A DNA stretch of 63,693 nt, filler included, from Octopus bimaculoides (taxonomy: Eukaryota): the NCBI RefSeq assembly GCF_001194135.2. It is 9 parts of 9 records of this genome, joined end to end, with 100 filler letters (N's around TTAATTAATTAA, not from the genome) between each part and the next. Parts side by side here need not be neighbours in the genome. Positions count along the whole stretch, not along the records: positions 1 to 23,120 come from NC_068994.1; 8 more parts are not named here. One strand, written 5' to 3'. The position numbers and the translations under genes are program-made. The notes under the pieces are model-generated. The model had not been told where the DNA came from. It saw only the letters and a program-made list of their open reading frames with translations, and ran no database searches. Positions 1-10,178 of the stretch are shown here, one piece after another; within the stretch, counting starts at the first letter, position 1, and the number at the start of each line of letters is the position of its first letter.

Positions 1-23
1 AAATTCACTCCATAATTGCCCAC

Positions 24-275
24 GGGCATATGGCGTAGTGGTTAAGAGCGCGGGCTACTAACCCCAAGATTCCGAGTTCGATTCACGGCAGCGACCTGAT
101 TAATAATAATATAATAATAGTAACATCGTTAGGAATGAGAACCCAGGTTCGAAATTTCCCCAAGACACCTGACGAAGGCTGGAGGTTATATCAGCCGAAA
201 CGTTGTGTTAACAACAAACAAGATGAGGACAAATATCCGTAAATAATTCCTCATCTCTTAAATATAGAACTGTAT
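24..275 (+). mobile_element. tRNA-headed SINE with hammerhead-containing 3' region (SINE-H), copy 1
   Basis: A box TGGCGTAGTGG (31-41), B box GAGTTCGATTC (74-84) and an (AAT)n linker. The body is near-identical to 19329-19649, and both copies end ...TTAAATATAGAACTGTAT. It sits directly 5' of the 3' half of another SINE. Confidence 0.85.
164..209 (+). ncRNA. Minimal type I hammerhead ribozyme motif (Penelope-like)
   Basis: Stem I GACAC (164-168) pairs with GTGTT (205-209). Core CTGACGA (169-175), extra A, stem II GGCTG (177-181)/CAGCC (192-196), GAAA (197-200), palindromic stem III ACGT. Predicted cleavage triplet GUU ends at 204. Confidence 0.65.
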
Positions 276-505
276 GACTTTATCTCATGTTATTCCAGTC
301 CACTCAGTTGGCAAAAATGAGTTGTACCTTAATTTCAAAGGGCCCGCTTTGTTATATACTACGTCACACTGAATCTCCCTGAGCACTACGTTGAGGGTAC
401 GCGTGTTTGTGGAGCGCTCAGCAACTTGCACGTTAGTTTCACGAGTAGGCTGTTCCGTTGGTCGGATCAACTGGAACCCTTGTCGTCGTAGCTGACAAAG
501 TGCCA
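276..505 (+). mobile_element. 3' half of a tRNA-SINE with RTE-type tail
   Basis: Middle ...CCAGTCCACTCAGTTGGCAAAAATGAGT matches 13450-13480. The tail (AACTACGTT..GGGTAC..GATCAACTGGAACCC) matches the reverse complement of 24775-24930. Confidence 0.75.
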
Positions 506-663
506 GTTAGATACAAAAGGTTTTTACCGTAAATCGTCATATTTTTAATCTCATTTATGTTTAAAGCTGAACTGCTTCGCACCTTCGAAATTATTTGTCA
601 CTGTCTTGATTGAGAAGCACCACTACCAAGAACATTTCTCCCATCTTATTTTCTGAACTAAAA

Positions 664-1046
664 GGTGCAGGTGTGGCTTTGTTGTAAGAAGTTTACTTCC
701 CAACCACATGGTTCCAGTTTCAGTCCCACTGTCTGACCCTTGGGCAAGTTTCTTCTACTATAGGCCCAGACCAACCAAAATCTTCTGAGAGGATCTAATA
801 GACGGAAACTGAAAGAAGCTATGTGTGTGTATCTCTTTGTCTTTGCGTTTGTCCGCCAGCCACCACCACTGGACAATTGGTGGTTTGTTAACGTTCTCGA
901 AACTTAGCGGTTCGGCAAAGAGAAAACCGATAGAAAAAGTATCAGCCTTTAAAAACATTAAGAACTGGGATCGACTCGTTCGACTAAAACCCTTCAAAGC
1001 AGTGCCCCAGCATGGCCACTTGACTGAAACAAGTAAAAGATAAAAG
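664..1046 (+). mobile_element. SINE family 2 (tRNA-Gly-like head, internal microsatellite)
   Basis: Matches the most abundant repeat in the window: head GTGGCTGTGTGGTAAG...GGTTCAGTCCCACTG, tail GACTGAAACAAGTAAAAGA. Confidence 0.85.
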
Positions 1047-1169
1047 AAATTTATTCTCGCGCGATCTTCTAACAGCAATATTGACAGCTATGATAAAGAC
1101 GAACATTAATGATGTTCGGGATGGTTGTGATATTGGCAACAACAATGATGATGGCAAAATTGTTTCTAA

Positions 1170-1810
1170 TTTTGACACAAGGCGTGTAAGTTCAGGGTAG
1201 GAGGTAAGTCGATAACATAGACCCTAGTACTCAACTGGTACTTATTTTATCAACTCCGAGTGAACGAAAAGCAGAGTTGACCTCGGCGAAATTTGTACTC
1301 AGAACTTAAGGATGGACGAAATGCCGCTAAGCGTGTTAAAGATTCTACCAGCTCGCCGGATGATGGTGATATTAAAAATGGCAATTCTGTTGCACGCCGG
1401 ATAAAATGCTTAGCAGTATTTCATTAATCTTTATGTTTTGAGTTCAAATTCCACCCACGTCGACTTACATCCTTTCTGGGTCGATGAAATAAGCACCAGT
1501 TACACATTGGGACTGATGTAATCGAGTCGGCTTTCCCCACCCAAATTTCAGGCTTTTTGTCAATAATAGAAAAGATATTAAAAATCGCAATTAAAGCGGC
1601 GAGCTGTCAGAATCGTTAAAGCATGCCGAGCAAAAAATTCATTAGCTGTATTTTTGTCCGTCTTTACGTTCTGAGTTCAAATTCCACCAAGGTCCTCTTT
1701 GCCTTGCTTCCTTTTGGGGGTCGTTGAAAGAAATACCAATTGCGTGCTGGGGTCAATGCAATCGAATTTTCCCCTCTTTCAAACTTCAGGTCTTGTGCCT
1801 GAATCAAAAA
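1170..1810. mobile_element. Cluster of three SINE family 1 copies (about 1170-1345 minus, 1390-1570 plus, 1594-1810 plus)
   Basis: Head GGCGGCGAGCTG(G)CAGAATCGTTA, B box GAGTTCAAATTCC and core CCTTTCGGGGTCGATAAA.TAAGTACCAG. Confidence 0.8.
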
Positions 1811-2019
1811 TGATATAAAAGAAAAAACCCAGCAATAATACTGTGTAACAAAAGTTTTACAATTTAATTTTTTTGTCTTTAGTCAGTAAATGTTATTTCA
1901 TATTTGCTTCTATCTAGAAAGCAAAGGAAATGGCTACTATTCCCTTCAAACTTTCTTTTTGTGCCATACACATCCATGTTTTGAAACTGACCTGTTTTCC
2001 ATCACATTTCAGACAGATT

Positions 2020-2215
2020 CATGGTTGAGTTACTAAAGCAGAAACATTGATACAGCAAATATTCTGTTCAATACCACAGAGTTGCTTGTCAGTTACTTGA
2101 CCATAACCACTTGAACATGTCCCTTAGTGGCTGACAATATGTGCATCTCTAATTATGAGCAGGCATAGTGGGGGAGCATCGTAGCCACGCACTGAAAGGG
2201 ATTCTTTGGGTTTTA
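2020..2215 (+). repeat. Dispersed repeat homologous to 29930-30110
   Basis: Shared block ACAGCAAATATTCTG.TCAATACCACAGA.TTGCTTGTCAGTT...GAACATGTCCCTT. Confidence 0.7.
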
Positions 2216-2349
2216 AATAAACGTAGCAAAAGCAAAGTTCGAAGAAAATATTAGCCATTTTTCATACTTTCTTGGGGTAGGAAATAACAGTTGGAAATAA
2301 CAGTTGCTGCCCAAGGACAAAAATCGTGCTACACAGTGTAATAATTAGC

Positions 2350-2700
2350 TTTGGTTTAGGCACACGGCCAGCAATTGTTAGAAGAGATTAGTCGGTATCA
2401 TCAACCCAGTACTTGGCTGGTACTTATTTCATCAAACTTGAAACATTTGTGCGAGTGTGTGTGGTGGTAGTCAGCCGATTACATCGACCGCAGCCCTCAA
2501 CTGGTACTTGTTTTATTGACTTGGGAAGGATTAAAGGTGAAGTAGACCTCGGTGGAATTTGAACTAAGAACATAAAGACGGATGAAATGCTGCTAGGAAT
2601 TTTATCCGGCGTACTAACGATTATGCTAGCTCGACGCCTTTACCGAGTCGAGAAAAATGAAATGGAAATTTGATCTAGGTAAGATTTGAACTCAGAATAT
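2350..2700 (-). mobile_element. SINE family 1 fragments
   Basis: Reverse-strand copies of the GGTACTT.TTT.AT.GAC and GGAATTTGAACT motifs and of the head. Confidence 0.7.
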
Positions 2701-4209
2701 ATAAAAAAAATTTAATTAAAAAAAGAAGAAAAAATAGAAGTTACGTAACCGATGCTGCCAATTCACTGGCCTTGAAATAAGCATTGATAACAAATAAAGC
2801 GCTCGAGTTGGAGAGGTTAAATGAGTTCTTGCATTATACAAGAGTTAAGCGAAAGAAAATCTTAACTTTTTTACCCAAAACGCAGCGATGCAGTCTACCA
2901 AGCTATATAAAATGTTGAAATTCTTTGCTTTCTCTCTTTCAACAGAAAAATGTAATTTAGCCTGCAAATTATGAATCTGAAGTTGTATTTCTTTTGCTCA
3001 AGCAGAGCCCAGTATTTCCACCCATAGATTTCTCTGCTATGGTGTAAAAAAATAAAGAGCCAAAAGAAATTAATTCAATTTGACTACTAAACCAAATAAC
3101 AACAACAACAATAATAATAATAATAACAACAACAACAACACCAACAGGAACAGAAGCAACAAATATCAACTAATAAACATGGTTTTAATGTCTCATCAAA
3201 AGCGAATGCATGAAGTTAGTCTCACCCAGGGATTATTGATTATGTTTCAGCTAAAGGAAATTTATAAATATTGATTTCACCCGAGTAAACGGCAAATATT
3301 TTTTTTAAAAATCTTTCATATTACTACGATTGCAACTCCCAAATTTGAATTTCTTAAAATATTAATTTTTGAGGAATATGAGTAATCGTTTTTCTTAGTT
3401 ATATTTATCTATTTATTCATGTTTCGACCTAACAAGCAGCTTCTCAATATTGACATTCTCTTGTTATTTTCTGTTTTATCTTCAAATCTAATGCATGGGT
3501 TATTTTAATACATATTTATAGCAGTTATATTTATGGGTTGCATTGCAGATAAATCCATTCTGTTTATGGTAGGCTTCCATTTAGCAGAAATTGGTTGTTA
3601 CAAACAGTGGGAGAGATTCATTTATGAATATATATATTTTTTTTCCACAAGACATCTCTTTGAAGCCGTTAAGGCTACTTTGGAAGTATAATAATGGCCA
3701 TTACAAAACATGGTTTTTCAATCACTTCAAGGTTTTTACTAATATCTGAGCAACAGATTAAACAAATGCTTAGCTGTTTAGTTTCGTTCCTCTACATTCT
3801 GACTTGAAATATTGCCGACTGGGATGTTATCTTTTATCTCTTCGGTATTAGTGTAATAAGTATCAGTACTATATTGCAATCTTAGTTCGATTCCCGTTCA
3901 TAGCTATTTGATATATACCGCTAATGACCATAGAAAAGATATACTCGTCAGTCTATCATTTTTCATCTTCCTGAAATCAAGCGGAATAACCATCCGTTGT
4001 TGGATACTTCTGGTATCGAAAGTTTAAGTAATTGACTCTTCTTATTGCAATAGTATATGGGATACAGAAAAAAAAAAAAAATACTCGATTCATTTGACTA
4101 TAGGGCTTTCTTATAAGTAGGTTATCTCCCTTGGCTAGGCGGCACTCCATGTAGATAATTAAACTTCCGGAGGCTAACCCACGCCATTGTTATTGTTTTA
4201 CGTCTTATC

Positions 4210-4960
4210 ATGGATATAAAGCAGCTTGATGATTCAGCTATCGAAGTACTTACTGTGCCTGAGTTAAAGAAATATTTAAGATTATATGGACAGTATGTTA
4301 CTGGAAGAAAGGCGGATTTGACTGAAAGGTTGANNNNNNNNNNNNNNNNNNNNNNNNNNNNNNNNNNNNNNNNNNNNNNNNNNNNNNNNNNNNNNNNNNN
4401 NNNNNNNNNNNNNNNNNNNNNNNNNNNNNNNNNNNNNNNNNNNNNNNNNNNNNNNNNNNNNNNNNNNNNNNNNNNNNNNNNNNNNNNNNNNNNNNNNNNN
4501 NNNNNNNNNNNNNNNNNNNNNNNNNNNNNNNNNNNNNNNNNNNNNNNNNNNNNNNNNNNNNNNNNNNNNNNNNNNNNNNNNNNNNNNNNNNNNNNNNNNN
4601 NNNNNNNNNNNNCTTTGTAAGTTGCCGAATTTCACAGATAATGACATAATTACCTCGTGCTACGGATGAAATCAAAGCAACAGTTAAGGAGTGGCATATT
4701 TTACCACGACAGACACGTACACAGCATCGAATACCACGATGTGAGTGAAAGCTGCTCTCACTGTATTGTCCGGTGTCTGGTAATCCCTTCGATACCGACA
4801 TCAAACCAAAAAAAGAATCCTGACCACAGAGTGTGGGTAATTATGTTAAATGTCACTGGCAATGTGCATTCAGCTGATTGCAACTGTTAAAGCAAGTCAC
4901 TGAGCATGCGTACATGTCATACGGGAGAGTTCCAATCAGGGATGGATAACACCTTATAGG
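4210..4960 (+). pseudogene. Decayed SAP + SWIM zinc-finger ORF of DNA-transposon accessory type
   Basis: 4210-4333 reads LTVPELKKYLRLYGQYVTGRKADLTERL (SAP consensus). 4657-4890 ends VWVIMLNVTGNVHSADCNC (SWIM entry motif) and then stops. An N gap lies between the two. Confidence 0.6.
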
Positions 4961-5359
4961 AAAGCCCTATACTACAGTTATCAAATTTGCGCAGCATCAA
5001 TTAAAAAGTGATCAATATTTTCTGAGTATACTAAACATTATAGAATAGTAGGTAAAACCCACCACGCTTAGATTGTGATACAGTTTTAGCTCGCAGTAAA
5101 AACCAACTGACTCCAATTTGGCCGCAAGTCCATTTTGCTGATAATGATCTAAATCGTGAGCATGTTCCTATACTGAGCTGTACAAAGATGCATCAGAAAC
5201 AAGAAACAACTTTGGACACGTTCTTCATCCTCAAGCTGATGTTCCTGATAATGAACCATAAAATAGTAAATATTGTCCCTCATTCTCCTAGTAATGCTCA
5301 TTCAACCACCACCCCTCGCACAGTAGACAACATAATTTGAGGTAAGAATGTACTCTTAC

Positions 5360-5514
5360 CAGGCGCGGTCCCTGGAATTTTTCGAAAGGAGGGCAAAAGG
5401 TCAGAAGGGAATACAATTCCAGGAGAAAAGGGTGCAATAACATTATTTAGAAGGGCGCACTTCTTTTCTTGAGGAGGGCACGTGCCCCTCAGGCACCCCC
5501 TGGGTCCGGCCATG
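5360..5514. mobile_element. Short GC-rich MITE
   Basis: Imperfect TIRs CAGGCGCGGTCCCTGG / CCCTGGGTCCGGCCATG, of the CAGGGGCGGATCCAGG type, in an AT-rich background. Confidence 0.55.
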
Positions 5515-5578
5515 ATTACGATAATAAGTTATCTCTAACTTATTCCTCTTGAAATGCTTCTGTGTTTTTATGTATCTA

Positions 5579-5780
5579 TATTCTTTTCTACTCTAGGCAC
5601 AAGGCCCGAAATTTTGGGGAGGGGGCCAGTCGATTAGATCGACCCCAGTACGCAGCTGGTACTTAATTTATCGACCCTCGAAACGATGAAAGGCAAAGTC
5701 GACATCGGTGCAATTTGAACTCAGTCCGTAAAAACAGACGAAATACCGCTAAGCATTTGTCCGGCGTGTTAACGTTTCTT
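5579..5780 (-). mobile_element. SINE family 1 lacking the first ~14 nt of the head
   Basis: Starts at AAGAAACGTTAACACGCCGG, immediately after the AATAAAGAAAT tail of the next element. Has the standard tail ...GTGCCTAGAGTAGAAAAGAAT. Confidence 0.85.
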
Positions 5781-5963
5781 ATTTCTTTATTGCCCACAAG
5801 GAGCTAAACATAGAGGGGACAAACAGAGATAGACAAAGAGATTAAGTCGATTACATTGACCCCAGTGCGTAACTGGTACTTAATTTATCTACCTTGAAAG
5901 TATGAAAGGCAAAGTCGACCTCGGCGGAATTTGAACTTAGAACACAACGGCAGACGAAATACC
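5781..5963 (-). mobile_element. 3' half of SINE family 1b (Tx1-type tail)
   Basis: Begins GGTATTTCGTCTG and ends TTTGTCCCCTCTATGTTTAGCTCCTTGTGGGCAATAAAGAAAT. Its 5' half is at 9289-9335. Confidence 0.85.
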
Positions 5964-7619
5964 AATTTCTTTATTACCCATCAGGGGCCAACATAGACGG
6001 TACAAACACAATATCGGGGAACTAAAATTATAAAAAGGAGGCATAAAGAAAGAAGCAACATTAAAAGAAACGAATGAATCATGAAAAAGATGATATAATG
6101 AGGCGGAATGCCCACTCGACCCCCGAAGTCGAGTGGTTACATTGAAACCGTTTTGCCGTTCAATCATATATGTCTAAAATCCAGCAGTTCAATACCATAG
6201 TCTTTTTTAGTTCGGTATAACAAGTCTGTTTTGGCAATTGCTCTCTATCTCCGATCACCTTCCACAAATCAATACCTTTATCATTCTTTTAAATTATTTC
6301 CATTTGTGCCTTATTTAACAATTGGCATATCATAGTCTCACCATCTTCACAGAATTCCACTTCAACCACATCCTTCCACTCGCTCACCCGGTTTACAATG
6401 TCACCCTCCGCGTCCACATACAGAACGCAAGCAAAACAAACAGGGGGAGGGGGAACCATATCTACATCATGTGTGCTTGCATTTCTTTTCTGTTTTGTTG
6501 TTGGAGGGGAATGGGTAGGTTTGGTGTCTACATGGGGAGGGTGTGGTGAAAAGGGAGAGGGTGGGCACTGGGTGGGTTGGGGTTCACAAGTTCTTTTTCT
6601 TTTTTTCTTTTCCCGGCTACTTCTCTTTCCCTATCTTCTAATACTGGAGTTTCTTTTTCTACTTCTACTTCTTGTATCCTCTCCTGTGGTGGTGGCTGTC
6701 GCTCTTCTACCATTTTGAGTGGTGGAGGGCAGTTCGCTCTTATGTGGCCTTTCAGGCCACATTTAAAACAGCGAGGAATCCTGCCCTCCACCCACACTTT
6801 CAGGCTCAAATCTCCAATCCACAGGTTCTCGGGTAGCACTTCGAGGACCTCCATCTCAGCTTGGACGGTAATTTCGACGATTTGTCCCTTCCATGTTGCT
6901 CCTTCCATCACTTCTGCTTGAACCACCTTCACCTCCTTTTCTCTTTCAATAAAGATAGCCGCCGCCACTCAAGCCGCATCGATTTCAGGGGGAATCCCTT
7001 CCACTTTGATTTTGGCAATCCTCTTGCCCATGTAAGACGGCAAGAGGATTACCTTTTCCGTTTTTAACACTTTGGCAGCGTGGGCTTCGCTCTTTCCTCT
7101 GTTTTATAATGGACGACAATCGTCCCGAACTTTCCTCCTCTGACCAGGTAGGTAATATCTGGCCAGACTGTCTTCAGCGCCTTGTCTATCTCTCTCTCCT
7201 CCTTGTAGTCGATTCTCTTTTTCTCAACTGAGTAAACTTTATAAATTACCATCTCCTTTTGTATTTCCTCCATCCGTGTCTGCGGTAGGGACAACCTCAC
7301 GTCGTTCCCCACCTTTACAGCCATTCTACTGTCTTTTTCCATATTTTCCAGGTTTATTTTCTTCCTTCTCATCTCGGTTGCCTCTGCAAAACTTTTCTCT
7401 TTCAAACATGCGTCCAATATCTTTGCTGCCTTAACCAGTTCCTCCTCCGTAGAGGACAACTCAGTCTCGCTCAGATCCGAATACACTCGTCTTCCACCTG
7501 CCATCTCAGTACTACCGAGAGACGGCACAACAACTCAAAAACCGCTGCAAACGCAGCACAAACAAATACACAATATAGTCAAACACACAAGCTCGTACAA
7601 CTCACAGAGACGGGATACC
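5964..7619 (-). mobile_element. ORF1-only Tx1/L1-derived non-autonomous retroelement A (HAL1-like)
   Basis: Carries only a gag-like ORF1 and a 3' UTR ending GGCCCCTGATGGGTAATAAAGAAAT. No endonuclease or RT is recognisable. Confidence 0.75.
6528..7528 (-). pseudogene. Tx1-like ORF1p with CCHC zinc knuckle (one frameshift, one stop)
   Basis: 7064-7528 and 6528-6968 join via ILLPSYMGKRIAKIKVEGIPPEIDAA*. Knuckle reads VWVEGRIPRCFKCGLKGHIRANC. Confidence 0.8.
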
Positions 7620-9288
7620 GATTTCTTTATTAGGCATAAAGTCCTAAACATAGATGGGGACACCACAAGGATTGACAAGACCACAGTGGGGACAAAAAAC
7701 ATAAAACGAATGTAAATGAAATGAAAGTTATATAAAAATGAAAATGGACGCATGGGCCCCACTCCCATGCAGTACCATTTGAACCGTTATATGTACTATT
7801 TACAATTGTTCGTTTTTTCCTGTAATTTCATACTTGTCTTTAGTAGAACTTCATTAGTGGTTCGATATCTCTTAAATCCACCACTGGTGGCAACTCTTTA
7901 AATTCCACCTCCACTCCTGGCGGGTCAACGTTATCTCCACCATCTCTTTCAATTTTCTGTAGTTTTCCTCTTCTATCAATATTGCCTTCATATCCTCAGC
8001 GTATACATATGAAGGCCCTTTCACTTTTACTATTGAGTGTAACTTGATTATTTTTTCTCTGTTTCAATATTTTTTGGGTACGTTACATAATACCATACTC
8101 CTTCTCCTCCTCGTATCTTCTTTCCTTTTTCTTGGAGTTTTGGTTCTCTTTTTTCTTTCTCCATAAATAGTCTCTCCATCTCACCTTCATACCGTTGGGT
8201 TTCCGACACTTTCTCCACTGGTAACTCCACTTTCTTCTTACTTTCTTTTTCCTCCACAGTTTCTTTTCTCACCTCTTCTGTCTTCTTTTTCTGCTTCTCT
8301 GGCGGAGAACTCATTCCTCCGCTCCTCCTTCTTTTCTTTTTAACAATAGTGAATCCCTTCTCCGCTTCTTTTTCTGTTGCCTTGTCCTGTACTACCTGGT
8401 CCACACTCTCATGTCTCTCCTCCTGTTCTGTTTGTGGCTTTCTTTGGGTGCACCATGCCTTCATGTGGCCCCTTTCTCCACATGAGAAACATACTGGCGG
8501 CCTGCCCTCCACAGTAACTCTCAGCTTCACATCTTCCGGCAGCACAATCTCATCCACCACACTATTCAAGTCCTCCGTTGTTGCCTGAATCGTTAATTCG
8601 ATACCATATCCTCAGTAGTTCACCTTCTGGGTCCTTGTAGCCTTCAGAATCTTCCCGTCTTTCATATTATATGTTATTGCTGTCATCAGCTATTCTTCCT
8701 TTAATTTGGGTGGCACCCTACCCACTCGCACTTTGGCCACACGTTTGCCGCAATATGAAGGCAAGAGCACCCATTCTTCTGACCTTATTGCCTCTGTGGA
8801 GTGCTTTATTGCTTCCTCCTCGGTTGTGAAGCGCACCTCCACAGTAACGTATCTCCCCCTTCTCGTAACGTATGTTGTAACTCTTTTCATTTCCTTGATA
8901 CATTTATCTATGGCTTCTATCGGCGCAATCTCTATTTTCCTCGTGGTTGTCTTCATGGTTTTAAATGTTACCGTTCTTTTTAACACGTTGGCCGATAGCT
9001 CTTCCGGTGGCGTTAGCTTCAGCATGTTACCTTCATTAGTGATAAATTTTTTATTCTCCTCCATCTTTCTGGGCTCCACTTTTATTTCTCGGACCTCCAA
9101 CTCTTGCACGTCTACTCCTTTGCTCGTTGCGGCCGCATAACTGGGGCCTGCCATTTCTCCATTTTCCCATTATGGGAAACAAAACAACAATTAACGAATC
9201 AACAACGGCAACAATTAAACAACAATTCAATCAACACTGGCAGTAATTCAATAAACAGTTCAACATAAACTCACGTATTAACTTCACA
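7620..9288 (-). mobile_element. ORF1-only Tx1/L1-derived non-autonomous retroelement B (HAL1-like)
   Basis: 5' end abuts the SINE head at 9289. Contains ORF1 and then a 3' UTR ending TGTCCCCATCTATGTTTAGGACTTTATGCCTAATAAAGAAAT. No ORF2. Confidence 0.75.
8048..9154 (-). pseudogene. Tx1-like ORF1p with CCHC zinc knuckle (single frame, two premature stops)
   Basis: Reads MAGPSYAAA...LLPSYCGKRVAKVRVGRVP...VTVEGRPPVCFSCGERGHMKAWC. 8690-9154 and 8048-8569 are in frame. Confidence 0.8.
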
Positions 9289-9335
9289 GCTAAGCAGTTC
9301 GCCCGGCGTGCTAATGTTTCTGCCAACTCGACGCC
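9289..9335 (-). mobile_element. 5' half (tRNA head) of the SINE split by elements A and B
   Basis: Reverse complement reads GGCGTCGAGTTGGCAGAAACATTAGCACGCCGGGCGAACTGCTTAGC, ending exactly where 5963 resumes the consensus. Confidence 0.85.
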
Positions 9336-9724
9336 TTTTTATATATCTATATTGCACTGCGTAGGTTTAGGAAAAGTTATTTTCATACATAAATTGATCG
9401 CGTTGCTTGTTCTCAGTTGTTTTCTCGTGCTTCCTTCTTTTTTTTATATATATATTTTGAAAAAGTCCGTAGGAATTCAATCTCACTTTATAATATGAAA
9501 ATCAAGAGTCATATCAATTTCGCATTACGGAATTTTTCATTACGGCCTGATTTTCAGGAACTATTATTTTCGTAAAGCGAGGGATTCCTGTAACCACATA
9601 TGAAAATGAAAGTATTCGACGGACTGAGGAAGATTTGGCTGTTAATTGTAACATATCTATCTACCAGCTTGTGAATCTCCTGGGAGGATCAATTGTACAA
9701 ATAATGATAAGAGTGTAACGTATG

Positions 9725-10178
9725 GTCTCAAGGAGAATTTAGCTTCTACTCTTATTAAGTCTATCCAAACTAGATAAAAACCTCGTAGATTCATAGATTT
9801 TTATGTGTACTTAAGATTTGTGCGAATGTATGTCTATTGCACACATATACATGCACACACCTACTTACAAACTACACGCAGACACACACTCACATACGCA
9901 TACATGCGTGCACACGCGCACACAGACACAGACACAGACACACAGATATACAAACGAAAAAATAGAACGCGTCTGGGAGGGTAGAGAAAGAGAGACAAAA
10001 TGAGAAACACAGAAACAGAGGGTATGAGAGAGAGAATGAGTGAAGGAGATCGACAGATACGGTTTACAGTAAATATACAAACATGTAAAAACACAGGCCC
10101 AGACATATATACTTGTAACCAAAGGCGTATGTGGTCATGTGTTTGCAACAATAGATATATATGCAGTATATCGAACAT
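9725..10178 (+). repeat. Dispersed microsatellite-containing repeat; inverted homologue at 18188-18545
   Basis: CAGGCCCAGACATATATACTTGTAACCAAAGGC...GCAACAATAGATATATATGCAGTATATCGAA matches the reverse complement of 18190-18270. Confidence 0.7.

Noticed and set aside
24-96. tRNA gene (also similar heads at 13334, 19329, 25139, 37132)
   Set aside because: The A/B boxes run into SINE bodies and tails, acceptor stems are not intact, and the copies have TSDs. They are SINE heads.
6398-9140. Plus-strand ORFs overlapping elements A and B (6398-6718, 6577-6921, 8349-8588, 8706-9140)
   Set aside because: They are antisense shadows of the purine-rich ORF1 sequences.
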